Notes: generated by a model not told the origin, from the sequence alone. A DNA stretch of 64,000 nucleotides from Octopus vulgaris (GCA_951406725.2 OX597818.1:22258001-22322000), one strand, 5' to 3'. Positions 11,501 to 25,320 are shown, counted from the first letter of the stretch. A program made the numbers and translations.

Positions 11501-13349
11501 TAGTTGATATCTTGGTACTGCACTGTATCTGTTACCTTGATACTTGAATCTCAAATAACTCAATCCTTCTAACTATAGCGAGGTACTACAGGGATACAAC
11601 TCCAGGCAGTAGCAACACTGTTGATTCAAGAGTTGATTCATTAGATAATCAGCCAACGAGTTGGCATATTGTATACTGAAAATGGTGCTATATTGTATCT
11701 TTGATTAAAACATTTCTTAACTCATTTAGTCCACCTAACTGCAGCTAGATAGATACTTAAGGTAGAAAACAACTCACATTTGTAAGCAATAGCAACACTA
11801 TAAATTTAACAAGTGTTTCATTAGATTATAGTGCCATAGTATTCCAAACACTGGTTCATATAACCACCAATGAATACATAAAAAGTTACTATTAGTTATT
11901 TTACTAAACTCCTCTAATACTTTTGGATTGTGAAAGATTAATTAAAGCATATAGGTAGTCTGTTTTGGAAGAAATATAATCATGAATAAGTTAAAATGAT
12001 ATTGTAGTTACATATTTTAATGAAATCCTATGACAATAGGCTTCTCTGTAAATATTAGATTACCAAAATCAGAAGTGCACATGATTTGTTAATCAGTTAA
12101 CTCTAGGACTGAGGGTTTGGTTGTTAGCTGGTAGATAAGAGTCAGTACAACAACAGCAACATTTACTAACATGAGAAAGCTAAGCTTCTATATAATCACT
12201 TTGACTTGTTCTATTTAACAATCAACAAATCAACACATGTCACTTCACCTTTATACAGTCTGTGTAATCACTTTCAACTGTGCTATAATTGCCGTCTATG
12301 CATTTGTTCATTTAACCCGTTAGAAATATTGACCAAATCCCCTTTGAGCTATATCCAACTATCTTTCATAAAGATGTATACAATGGACAATATAATTTTT
12401 GATATATGAAAAAGAGATGAAATAGTCATACCCTGAACATCTTTGATCATAGTTATGCTTCAGTGAATGAATTGAGCAATGGCTAAATTATTTCTGTTTT
12501 AACAGAATGAACTACAGATGTCAGACTAGGAAGAAGATGTACCTGTAAGGAAACTATGAAGTTACTTGAGATACTCAACATATCAGTCAAGTTTCCACCA
12601 ATAAACTCTGTGTGAACATTTGTTTAGCATATTAAATGTTACAAAAATCATAACCTAGAGCAACAATGCAAATAAATCTACATTTTTGATGTTAAGGATT
12701 ATTTTATAGTTTGTGTTCTTGTTTATCTGTTTATAGGTATATAGGTGTGCATGTGTTTGTGTATGTGTGTGTGTATGTGTATACACATGTATATATATGT
12801 GTGTGTGTATATATATGCATACATACATATATATGTATGTATATATTATATATACACACACACACACACATATATATATGTATGTATATATAAATTAACA
12901 AATTAAGGAAAGTATTATGTTATAATATAAATAAATTATTGGATTGTCACTTGTATCTCTCTATTAATTTCATCTTTATATATGTATATATACACACATA
13001 TATGTATGTATGTGTGTGTGTGTATGTATAAAGTTCTTGTATTCTTATAAAAATAGGTGTATGTATTTATTGGTTTATTTCATGTCACACTCATTGGTAC
13101 TTGGCTCTGTGTATTATATCCAATTGTCTTTCACTAAATATTCACTATAAATTTCACATTTTGTGTTGCACATTTTCAGTTTTGTCATCCCACCACCATT
13201 ACAAAACAAATTTTTAAAAACTAACATTACTGCTAAAAGATTTAAAATAATAACAAAAAAAAAAGAAATAAAATTAAATAAACAATGTCAATTGTCTTTG
13301 TTTTTTGTTTTTGTTTTTAGCTTTTTTTTTCATTGTAATCAGTTTAATT

Positions 13350-14860
13350 TCTTATTTAGGTACAAGGCCAATAGTTTTGTAGGGACAGGTTATTCAATTA
13401 CGTCAACCCCAGTTCCTGACTGGTACTTTACTTCAGGGCCCAACTACTGAGCCATGGTACCTGGTCACACAGAAAGAATAAATTTTATAATTTTATTGAC
13501 TATTACAGTCTGCAGGATGATTCTGCATCATATATGTAATATATATATGTATTATACTCTTTTACTTGTTTCAGTCATTTGACTGTGGCAATGCTGGAGC
13601 ATTGCCTTTAGTTGAGCACATCGACACCAGGACTTTTTCTTTGTAAGCCAAGTACTTATTCTATTGGTCTAGTATTATATATTATATATATATAATAATC
13701 ATATATGTAATAATTAAATAATATATAATGCACTTTATTGTGTCTTATGCATGTGATCTATTGTCTGTGGAAAATTATCTTGCAGGAAACTGGTCCATGG
13801 TGCAAAAATGGCTGGGAACTGCTGCTTTACTTTATTGACTTTAGAGGGATGAAAGGCAAAGCTGACTTTTGTAGGATTTGAACTCCTGATGTAACAAACC
13901 AAAAGAAATATCACAGGACATTGTTCCATTGTGTTAATGATTGTGCCAATCCAATGTTCATCAGTTATAGTAATAATAATAAAATGCATGTCGCATGTTT
14001 TGAAATAAAGTATAGTTGGTTAAACGGATTATTGATATTGACACACAGCCAGTAATTTTGGAAGAGACTATAGTTGATAAAATCGAATTCAGTATATTCC
14101 TGGTACTTATTTTATTGACTTCTGATAAATGAAAGGTAAATGCATTCCCAATTAGATTTAACTCCAGAACATAGAGAGCATTTTGTATGCTATACTATTA
14201 GGTCTGCCAGCTACCACCACCGATAGTATTAACCCTTTCTTTTGGAAGAGACTATAGTTGATAAAATCGAATTCAGTATATTCCTGGTACTTATTTTATT
14301 GACTTCTGATAAATGAAAGGTAAATGCATTCCCAATTAGATTTAACTCCAGAACATAGAGAGCATTTTGTATGCTATACTATTAGGTCTGCCAGCTACCA
14401 CCACCGATAGTATTAACCCTTTCTTACTTTAGTGCAAGGCCAACAAATATGAGGAGTGGAAAAACTGATTACATCAACCCCAGTACACAACTGGGGTTGA
14501 TTATTTTATCCATCCCAAAAGGACAAAAGGTAAAGTTAACTTTAGCAGTATTAGAACTCAGAATATAAAGCCAGAAGAAATGCCACATTTTGACTGGCAA
14601 GATATTAATTCTGCTACCTTGCTGCCTTGTCACCAATAGTAATAATCCTTTCTATATAGGCACAAGGCTTGAAATTGGGGAGAAGGTGTAAGTCAATTAA
14701 ATCAACCCCAATGCTCAACTGGTACTTATTTCATTGACCCTGAAAGGATGAAAGGGTCAATGAAATAACACTGTGAGGCATTTTGACGGACACTAATGAG
14801 TCTTGAGTCTGCCAGCACAGTAGTAGTAGTAGTAGTATGATAGTAGTAGTAGTGGTGGTG

Positions 14861-14905
<45 letters not shown>

Positions 14906-15856
14906 TTGAATTCTATCATAGCCATGAAACATGGCATTTTGGTGGAGAGGTTTAACTGATTTAATTGACTCAAGTACTTGATTGATTCTTATTTGATTTA
15001 ATCTAGAACGATGAAAATTTAGAGTTGACCCTGTTGGGATTTGAACTATAATTGTATAGGAATATAACAAGACACTTCAGTACATTGTGGTCACTTCACT
15101 AACAATTCTGTCATCCACTGCAGTAAGATGATGATGATTTCTTACATAGCCACATGGCCAAAAATTTTGTGGAATGGAATAATCAATTATCTGACCCTAC
15201 CCACCATACATGACCAGTAGTTATTTTATTGAGCCTTGTAGGATAGGATGAAGGGCAATGTTGCCCTCGTTTGGATTTGAAGACAGAACTTAAAATGATG
15301 TCACTAAAAACCTAAATGAATTTTGTCAGATACCCTTCCAATTCTGCCATTAACAGTCCTACTGTAAATAAGGATTTTTGAAATAAGTACAAGACCACAA
15401 ATTTTGTGGGAGGAAACACTTCATCATATCAACTCCAAATGTTTTGCAATGCTTGCTGTATTTATTTTCATTAGAAATCAACCTCGGCAGGGTCCAAATC
15501 CATATGCAAGGGAATCCATATGAAAGGTAAAGTCAGCCTTGATGGAATTTGAACTCTGAAAAAAGCAGCAGACAAAATACCATTAAGCATTTTGCTTGGT
15601 GAGCGAATGATTCTGCCAGCTCACCACCTTAATAACAATACTAATTATTTCTACTATAAGCACAAGGCCTGAAATATTAGGGAGGGGACTAGTCAATTAC
15701 ATGAACCCCAGTGTTTCACTGGTACTTGATTTATTGACTCTGAAAAGATTAAAAGCAAAGTCAACCTTGACTGAATTTGAACTCAGAATGTAAAGATGGG
15801 TGAAATGCCACTAAGCATTTTACCTGGCATACTAACGATTCTGTCAGCTAGCCACC

Positions 15857-15920
<64 letters not shown>

Positions 15921-16156
15921 TGATGATGATGATAATCATAATGGTTTCACATTTTGTCACAAGAGCAGCAATTTGGGGGGAGGGGATGAGTCAATTACAT
16001 CAACCCCACTGTTCAACTGGTACTTATTTATCGACCCCAAAAGGGTGAAAGGCAAAGTCGACCATGGTGAAATTTGAACTCAGAATGTAGTGACAGGTAA
16101 AATACTGCTAAGCATTTCGTCTGGTGTACTAATGATTCTGCCAGCTAGCTACCTTC

Positions 16157-16197
<41 letters not shown>

Positions 16198-16275
16198 CAT
16201 AATAATAGCATAAGCACAAAGCTAGAAATTCAGTGAGGAGGAAAAACAGTTGATAATACTGATCACTGTATCTTA
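13350..16275 (-). mobile_element. head-to-tail array of about a dozen SINE family A copies plus a family B fragment
   Basis: Repeated gaaaggatgaaaggcaaagt...gaactcagaa...attctgccagc units, separated by (AAT)n/(TAG)n. Confidence 0.85.
14057..14424. repeat. exact tandem duplication, 184-bp unit
   Basis: 14057-14240 reads the same as 14241-14424. Confidence 0.9.
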
Positions 16276-16399
16276 TATTTTTATCTTTTACTTGTTCCAG
16301 TCATTAGACTGCAGCTATGCTGGGCCCTGCTTTGAAGAATCTTACTCAAATGTATCAACATATACATATAGATATATATATATATATATCTGTAAATGT

Positions 16400-18850
16400 A
16401 AAATGTGACGATTATTCGGTAGCCATGATAAAACTCCGAGTTTCGGATGCCGAGGTGGAAATCCATGCCGGTGGAAGAATAGAAACAGGCATGAAAGGAC
16501 TGGAAGAACAGTGGTAGCAGGGAACTGTATCAGATTGCCAGAAGGGAAGCTAGGAGACAGGTTTACTTAGCCAGAAGAGAAGCAGATAAGAAAAAAATTG
16601 TCAATGTTCTGCATAGTGAGGACCAAAGACTTGAAGTGTTTTGTGTTGCAAGACAGTGTGTGAGAGAGAATCATGATGTCATAGGAGAGAAATGTGTCCA
16701 CATGGATGATGGCTCACTTGCTTTTAATGAGGCTGCAAAGAGAGAGACTTGGAGATGCCACTATGAAAGATTGCTAAATGAATAGAATGAACGGGAGAAA
16801 GAGAGTTTGCCAAATGTCAACCCAACAGAGGGACCAGCTATCTGAATTGACAGTACCTTGGTATATAAAGTGATTAAGAGCCTGAAAACAGAGAAAGCTC
16901 CTGGCCCATCAGGAATCACTACAGAGATGCTTAAAATATGTGGCAGTGTCAGCTATAGTCTAGTCACCCATATAGACAATCAGGTGATACATGAAGGAGT
17001 CATACCAAATGACTGGTGTATCAGCACCATATCAACTGCTACAAAGGTAAAGGTGATGCATTAGATACGAATAATCCGGAGAGGGTTATTGCCCAACTAA
17101 TTAGAGAGAGATTTAGTTTAGATTAGATGCAGTTTGGTTTTGTGTCAGAGGTAAACACCACTGATGCTATATTTCTGGTAAGACAGCTGCAGGAGAAATA
17201 CTTAGCCAAAGATAAATCTCTGTACTTGGCTTTTGTTGACATGGAGAAAGCCTTTGACAGAGTCCCCTGATCCCTTATCTGGTGGTCTATGTGGAAACTA
17301 AGGATAGACAGGTGGTTAGTGAGAGTTGTACAAGCCATGTATGGGGATGCTGTCAGTAAGGTGAGGTTTGGCAATGAGTATAGTGAAGAACTTCAGGTAG
17401 GGATAGGGGTCCACCAAGGATCAGTCCTCAGACCCCTCTTATTCATCATAGTCCTCCAGGCAAAAACAGAGGATTTCAAGACAGGATGCTCCTGGGAGCT
17501 CCTCTATGCTGATGACCTTGCTCTAATAGCTAAGTCACTACCAGAACTAGAGGAGAAGCAAGGTCTAGAATTGAAGGGCTTTAGAGTGTATCTAGCAAAA
17601 ACCAAAGTCTTAGCAAGTAGGAAGGCAGACAAATCACAAATTCCTTCAGGTTGATGGCCCTGCTCAATCTGTAGAAAAAGCATAAGTAGAAACTTCATAA
17701 GATGTACGTGGTGTAAGCTATGGACACATAAAGAGGTGCAGTAATATCAAAGGAAGGCTAACTGGGAAGGTAGTTTTTGTGTGTGGCAAATGCACAGGGG
17801 CAATAAACAATGAAAATGTGTGGGAAACAGCTTCCGTCACATGCCAGGGGAAAAAAACTAGAAGTAGTTGATAGCTTCCGTTACCTAGGTGACCAAGTCA
17901 GTAGCAGGGGTGGATGCTCTGAGAGCATAGCTGCTAGAAAACGAAAAACTTGGGCAAAGTTCAGAGAGCTCCTACCTCTGCTGGTAAGAAAGGGCCTCTT
18001 GCTCAGAGTGAAAGGTAGACTGTATGATTCATGTGTGAAACATGGGCTGTGACTGCTGAGGACATGTGTAAGCTTGCAAGAAATGAAGCTAGTATGGTCT
18101 GCTGGATGTGTAATGTAAGTGTGCATACATGACAGAGTGTAACTGCCCTGAGAGAAAAGTTGGACATAAGAAGCATCAGATGTGGTGTGTAAGAGAAACG
18201 ACTGCACTGGTAAGTTCATGTATTGTGTATGGTTGAGGACAGCTGCATGAAAAAGTGTCACACCCTAACAGTAGAAGGAACCTGTGGAAGAGGTAGACTC
18301 AGGAAGACCTTTGAACGTTGGGCCTCATGGAAGCAGTAACAAGCAACCAAGACCTTTGGAGATATGCTGTGCTTGAGAAGACCCGGCAAGCCAAGTGAGA
18401 CCATAACCATGGCCTATGCCAGTGTAGCATAACTGCCCCATTTAAGAGTACTCTTTAATCATTGGGCAATAAACTGTGCTTGAGAAGGCCTGTTGTGTCA
18501 AGTGAAATCTTTGTTGTGGCCAATGCCAGTACTGCCTCCCATGCTTGTGACATGTAAAAAGCACCATTTGAGTGTGGTCAGTGCCAGTACCACCTAACTG
18601 GCTCCTGTGCCAGTGGCATATAAAAAGCACCATTTGAGTGTGGTCGATGCCAGTACCACCTGACCGGCTTTCCTACTGGTGGCACATAAAAAGCACCCAC
18701 TACACTCTCGGAGTGGTTGGCATTAGAAAGGGCATCCATCTGTAGAAACCTTGCCAGATCAGATTGGAGCCTGGTGCAGCCCTTTGTTTTGCCAATCCTC
18801 GGTCAAACCGTCCAACCAATGCCAGCATGGAATGCAGACATTAAACGATC
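16400..18850 (+). mobile_element. 5'-truncated RTE-clade LINE with stops/frameshifts and long 3' UTR
   Basis: KAPGPSGIT, AFVDMEKAFDRVP, GVHQGSVL..LLFIIVL, ELLYADDL, FRYLG; 3' tail ...gaaagggcatcc...ccagcatgg...ttaaacgat. Confidence 0.9.
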
Positions 18851-19199
18851 ACAATGACAGTGTTAGAGAAGATTTGCCCACCTATACAAATATAGCAAAA
18901 CAAACATTAATATAATGATGGAAACTGGGAGTTATAATATATCTAATTTTGACTCCATCCAATATTCCCGTTAGATCTACTAAACAGCTTTCTACATCTT
19001 TTAATGTCCATTCATCTCTTTATCACTCACTTTTTCATCTCACCCTGTCTTCTATTTACTGTTCTATACTGTCTGTGTAAGGATGGTACTGGGTCTATCT
19101 TGTTCATTGTACTATGCTGTTCATATAACTAGGATGTCATTACACCTCTCTAAACTTCTCATTTCTTTAACACTCAACCTCACTCCTATTTACATTGCT

Positions 19200-20690
19200 A
19201 TGCCACCTGTGAAACAGTGTATGCATCATCTCTACCACTTTACCTCTTCCACTTGTTGTTAGATCTATGTGTAATAGTTTGCATTGGATCTGTTAGTAGT
19301 CATTGATTTCTTACTATCTCAACGTCTTTCTGAGAATAGCTCTTTCAATTCTTAAACATTTGTCAAGGCTCTTTGTGCTTGAATCAGTAAAACTGTACAT
19401 TCTAGAATTTGCAGTCTAGCAAAATATGTAGCAGTCCACCAAAAAACAAGAAGTTTTATTGAACATACAAATTTCAGTTAGATCCACCATTGTTAGAGTT
19501 TCAGCTACTTGGGTGCTTTTGATAACTTTTTTTATTCGTTTTTATTATCATTGCCATAAAAAACATTTACCTTTATTTCCAACAACATAATGTTCACTCA
19601 GATATCCAACATGTTCCAGATTGTTAAAGAAAGCTGCTCCAATTTTTAGTTTGTATGTGTAACCAAGATTCAGAATGCAAACTTGAAATCGATTCCTCTT
19701 TGCTTTTTGATGTTTTCTTAGTTTGTCTTATACGCTCTAACTCGCACTTCCTCAAAATAAACTAAATTCTCTTACATCAAAACTAAGATCCAATCTTTTT
19801 TGTATGTAATTCCTGTAGTAGTTTATCATTCCCTTACATCATGGTAGTGTCTTCTGCATGATCAAGTTTCTCTTTCCCAATTTTTGAAACTTCAAATCAT
19901 CCTTCACATCCTTGTCTAGGCAACAACTTCATTATCACATCTTTGATCAATATCCAGACCAACTTGGAGGATTTTTCTGACTTCGCAGCAAGAAAGATTT
20001 AATTTTTGCTTTTGACTGATCTAGAAAAACTAGAAACTCCACATACCAACAAAAAACATCCACATGTATGGAAATGATTTCAGGCAACTTTCTGATTTAA
20101 ATAACCTATTCTTCACAATAAAATATCATTTAAGTAACTAATTCCTCACAATAACATACCAGAACCTAGAAGCATCATTCAATTCATTCACAGATTTAGA
20201 GAGTTTCCACAGTTTCCTTATGTCATTGTCAACCTTAGTTGGTGGCAACAGATAAGCAGGCCAATCTATTTCTTTACCTTGAAGGAAAGCAATTTAATAT
20301 ATAGATCATTATCTACTTGACATAATAAAATGTAAGTGGATTCTAAAACCCTCTTTGGAGCAACTGTTGGGTAAACAATTCTAGATCTAGTATACTCATC
20401 TTAAATCCCCTGACAACTTTATTTACCTTGGATGGTTTTTCCTGCATGAACCAAATGTGTAGGAATCCTGCTTTGGTCATTATCAGGTATGTTAATGTAC
20501 ACCTTGTTATCAATCAAATTTGAAATCTCTCTTTACTTCTCCAACTCAACGGAACAATAAAAATGTCTCACATGACACTTCCTAACCCTCAAACTCTGAG
20601 GTGAGCTAGATTCTCAAGAATCTATAGCATTCTCAAAGTCTAAACAAATGACTCTTCTAGCTCTACTAGTAATTCACAACTTTCTTAATT
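19200..20690 (-). mobile_element. degenerate Ty1/copia LTR retrotransposon (RT-RNaseH remnant, GalEa-like motifs)
   Basis: Manual minus translation 20290-20138: AFLQGKEIDWPAYLLPPTKVDNDIRKLWKLSKSVNELNDASRFWY; ~20078-20043 IISIHVDVFCW; ~19360-19330 KCLRIERAILRK. Confidence 0.7.
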
Positions 20691-20704
20691 TACTACCCTA
20701 TACT

Positions 20705-21735
20705 GACAATTTACTATTTATTAACTGTTACAAAGGCAAAGGAAATGCCTTAGAGAGGAATAATTTCCTCTCTAAGGAGAAATCAAACTCCTGAATCAGA
20801 TTATGAAGGTTATAGAGAAAGTCATGGTACAAATGATGTGTGACTGAAGATCTAGATGAGATACAGTTTAATTTTGTGTGTCAAAGAGGTACTATGGATG
20901 CAATCTTCCTAGTAAAGCAACTGCAGGAAAAATATTTGATTAAGAGTGAACCACTATTCCTGGTATTTGTTGACTTAGAGAAAGCTTTGACAGAGTACCA
21001 CATTCAATAATTTAACTTGTTAAGGTTGTACAGGCTATGTGCAAAGATGCAGTAAGTGAGAGTCAGCAATGATTTTAGTGACAAATCATAGTGAAGGTGT
21101 GAGTTCATCAAGACGCCCCTCAGCCCACTTCTATTCATTATAGTCCTACAGACCATTGCAGAGGAGTTTAAGACTGGCTGTCCATTGGAAATCATTTACG
21201 CTGAAGATCTAGCTCTCATAGCTGAATCTATAGTGGAATTAGAGAGGTGATTCCAGGGACGGAAGCTAAATCTAGAATACCAACTACGGACACACAAAAG
21301 ATACAGTAGAGTTACAAACATTTATAGAAAAAGTTAGCTTCATATGTAATTGATGCACTGTCACTGAGAGTTCAGTGAGCTACTTCTGCTGCTAGCAACA
21401 AACGTCTTTTCCCTTAAAATGAAGGGTAGATTGTATGATGTTTGTGTCAGAACGGTGGTGCTGCATAGTAGTGAGACATGGACATTGACTGCAGAGGACT
21501 TGTTAAAACTAGAAAGAAAAGAAGCTAGCATATTCTATGAAGTGTGCATAAATGACAAAGCACAAATGTGTTGAGAGAAATATTGAACACAAGCGGGATC
21601 AAATGTAGTGCACAAGAAAGAAAACTATATTGGTATGGACATGTGATGCCTATGTGTGAGGACAGCTGTATAAAGAAATGCCAATCACTTAATTTCAATA
21701 AGCTTGTGGAAAAGGAAAATTGAGGAAGATATACT
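20705..21735 (+). mobile_element. older degenerate RTE LINE fragment
   Basis: Colinear with 17030-18310 (VFVDLEKAFDRVP, EIIYAEDL). Confidence 0.8.
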
Positions 21736-23459
21736 GTCAGTCATCACTTACTCTTCCCTGCCATGCCTTTAATGTTATAATGTATATTTATCATTGATCA
21801 CCCACTAAACCCTTGTTTTTCACTCATTATATTCTTCCCCTCTGCTGTTTATCATTTTTAACCATCTCTCACTCTCCTCATACACTCTTGCCACATCTAC
21901 ATTCCCACACCCACTGTTCTTCAGTCCCCTCTCTCTTCTTTTAACCTTCTGGTCCTTCAGGGTTCACCTTGACATTCATCACCACAATTTTATCTCTCTT
22001 TCCAGCTCTGCCCCTGTTACTTCAACTCTTTCTTCTATAATGTGAGTGGCCATGTAGATCCTCAAAGAATCTGTTATGTTCTGGTGTCTTCTCTCATATT
22101 TTAACCTTGTCAGTGTAATTTGTTCTAGTGATAGTATTTCCATACCTTGCTTAAAGAATCCATTTGTTTGGCTATTAAATTTCTCTGTAGTGTTTAAACA
22201 GGCATTGCCTTTTTAAAAATTTATATATATGCTCAATGATTGGCCTATAACTAGAGAAATTGCTGCAATATAGAATAAAGGGAAGTGATTTTTTAACTCA
22301 AAAACCATTTTCTGGGATAGTCAGAGGAGGATGCATTTGTGAGAAGAAATTATTGGGAAAGGGTTTTGTGCAGGGCTAGGGATGTGAGGCACAGCAAGTG
22401 GGAAGTGATAAGAGAGATGGGCGAGTCAAGAGGCCTGAGTGCAGAGGAAAGGTAACTATTTAAATCATAAGTGTAGCATTGTCATCATTTATCTAGCATT
22501 TGCATTTGTATCAGAGACAATGACAGATACACCGAACACATAACAATCCATCAGCTTCCTCTATTCATCAAAGTTTGCAACACTACTGTTCTCCAGAGTC
22601 TTGACTATAGGTTTGGAAGAACATCCATGGTTCATCATTCTATGAGAACTGGCTGGTGATTAACATTAGTTAGTCAGGGTAGGAGGGACAACATCCATAG
22701 TTCTATTCAAGAGAAGATTTCATCCTCAGACTGGAGACCTGACCCAAATGCTTCCAACAGCGTGGATTCTACCACAGGCTCTCAATGGCTAGATGGTGGT
22801 GTTAAATTGGATGATGGGTTAAGCATATCATCCAATAACAGAAATAGTCTCCATAATGGGATTTCACATAGATTTCATCTAGCAAATTTTACTCATTGGT
22901 TTGATCTGAAGCCATCAAAGGAGATATTTGTCCAAGGTGCCATATAGTGGGATTGAACCTGAAAGTGAAACCATTGCCATGGCATAGTCCTACAAGAGAC
23001 AGGGATAGGTCCTCAGAGAGCCAAAACTGCAAAACTGTTTTGCTTCTTGATTTGTCATTTTAGTTAGGGCATGAATGTCACACACTCTTCATTTTCTCTT
23101 TATCAATACTATGTGGCTTTGTGTCTATATAAGAAATCAATATCGACAATAGTATTAACAATAGCAATAATTGTGAAAATAGTAGATCTGTTAGTGGTGG
23201 TGATAATGGTGATGGTGATGAAATTAACAGTTGTAGTAACTGCAATAGTAGTAGTATTAATAGTAGTTGTTGTAGTAGTGTAGTGGTTGTGGAGGTGATG
23301 TATGAATGATAAAAATGCTATTCTGATAGCCGATGAATAGTAGTTGTAGTGGTGGTGATAGTGTTAGCATTAATATTACTACCGCCGCCGCCGCCACTAC
23401 TACTACTACTACTACTACTACTAATAATAATAATGATGATAATGATGCTGATAAAGGTG

Positions 23460-23730
23460 ATGATTAAATATGACGCCGATGTTGTCGAAGAAAACCGACT
23501 TGCAAAACCGTTAATTTTCCAGGATTGGGTTGTGAGGAAAATAGGAGCAAATCATAGCTATATATTAACCAACCAACACTGAGCAAACCAGCTATTTCTT
23601 TTAAATATTTCGTTTTTCACCGCCATTTAATCAGATAAGTTCTGATCTAGTTTATTGATAAGCGTTCAGACGACAGCCTCACTTTCATCTGTCATTCTGT
23701 CGCTATGGTGAACAGTTTCCATGACAACGC
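23460..23730 (-). promoter_or_regulatory. candidate promoter with YY1 site and tandem RFX X-boxes
   Basis: CCGCCATTT 23620-23628 (AAATGGCGG on minus); GTTTCCATGACAAC 23715-23728; GTCGCTATGGTGAAC 23699-23713; CpG-rich unique sequence. Confidence 0.6.
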
Positions 23731-23743
23731 CCCCCCTCCAGCC

Positions 23744-24110
<367 letters not shown>

Positions 24111-24119
24111 TGCCAATGT

Positions 24120-25320
24120 TAGAAATCATTGTTAACGTAACTACATTTGAACTCAGCATATTTAGTTACATTCCTCTTTTTACGTCGTGAGTCTGAATCC
24201 CTTCAAGAATTACTTATCCGTTCACTCTTCCAGGGTTTGTAAAATAAAAATACTAGTAATATACTGTGGTCAGCCTAATAGTGGAAACTTCTGGCAAAAA
24301 AATTAATATCTAAAAATTAAAAAAGATCTCAAATCCCGCCGAGGTCGACTTTGCTTTTTATCCTTTAGAGGGTTGATATAATCGACTTCCCGCCACTTGT
24401 ACCAAGATTTTAAAGAATTATTATTATTATTAAGGCACCGATCTAGCAGAATTGTTAGCATGCCGGACAAAATGCTTAGAGGCATTTCGCCCGTCTTTAC
24501 GTTCTAGGTTCAAATTCCAACGAGTTCAACTTTGCCGTTCATCCGCTCAGGGTCGATGAAATAAGTACCTATTAAACACAAACGTCGATGTGATCAACTA
24601 GTCTTGTGTCTATAACAGAAAGAATTCTTAATTCTTTAACAGAATTCCTTCTTCCTGTATGCTTTGAATCCAAATGCTACCGAGGGTTAACTTTGCCTTT
24701 CATCTCTTAGGGTCGATAAAATAAGTACCCGTTGAACACTGGATGTCGATGTAATGGACTTCCCCCTCCTAGCAAAATTGCTGGCTTTGTGCCAAAATTA
24801 GAATTACTGTCACTACTATTATTTTTATAACGAAGGCTGGGAATGATAGAGGTAGAACAGCTGACTACATACCATCGAGTTCTGAGTTCAAATCCCGGGG
24901 AAGGTAAAGAATACGCACACCCGGTGTTTAGAGTTAGAGTTAGGATTTAGGGTTACGCCGAAAACGGGTGATGTGCGTATTCTTTACCTTCTCATAAATA
25001 CCGTGGAGGTCAACTTCGCCTTTCGTCTTCTTGAGGTCGATAAAATAAGTAGCAATCAAATATTTTTTGTGGGCGAAGATGGTTTCAGCAGAACAGCCGA
25101 CTGTTTTGTCCGCTGCTATACCGATTTTACCTCCCTGCCATATTATTTCCCGTCTAATTACTTTAATTCTGAGTTCAAATCATGCCTGTGTTAACTTTAC
25201 CTTTCTCACAGTCTTGGCTCGTTAAAATAAGTATTTGGATTGATTCAATAACCAATGCATCCACCACTAATATATACAAAAATAAAAGAAAAACTGGGAT
25301 GTTAGGAACAATCATCGTGT
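24120..25320. mobile_element. cluster of CpG-retaining SINE family A copies/fragments
   Basis: Multiple gttcaaat...gaggtcgactttgcc...gtcgataaaataagtac units. Confidence 0.8.
24898..24993. mobile_element. ~96-bp MITE with telomere-like core, inserted in a SINE
   Basis: TIR GAAGGTAAAGAATACGCACA / TGTGCGTATTCTTTACCTTC; core ttagagttagagttaggatttagggtta. Confidence 0.7.

Larger units (their letters stand above)
8600..23660 (-). ncRNA. candidate spliced long non-coding transcript (exons ~23660-23570, 22262-22146, 12542-12432, 11675-11536, 9680-?, 9244-8889, 8712-?)
   Basis: Minus-strand polypyrimidine-YAG acceptors paired with AAG|GTATGG, AGG|GTATGA, AAG|GTAACA, AAG|GTAAAC donors in unique sequence; stops in all frames of the internal exons; left-facing promoter. 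Confidence 0.4.

Noticed and set aside
9081-11678. Plus-strand phase-compatible exon chain (9081-9127, ~10659-10684, 11579-11678) and AATAAA at ~13266
   Set aside because: Peptide unrecognisable and no upstream exon; overlapping minus-strand splice sites are stronger, more numerous and have a promoter. Not formally excluded
23570-23628. MAVKNEIFKRNSWFAQ resembling a TERB2/BRCT-like N-terminus
   Set aside because: Too short; no downstream exon continues the similarity
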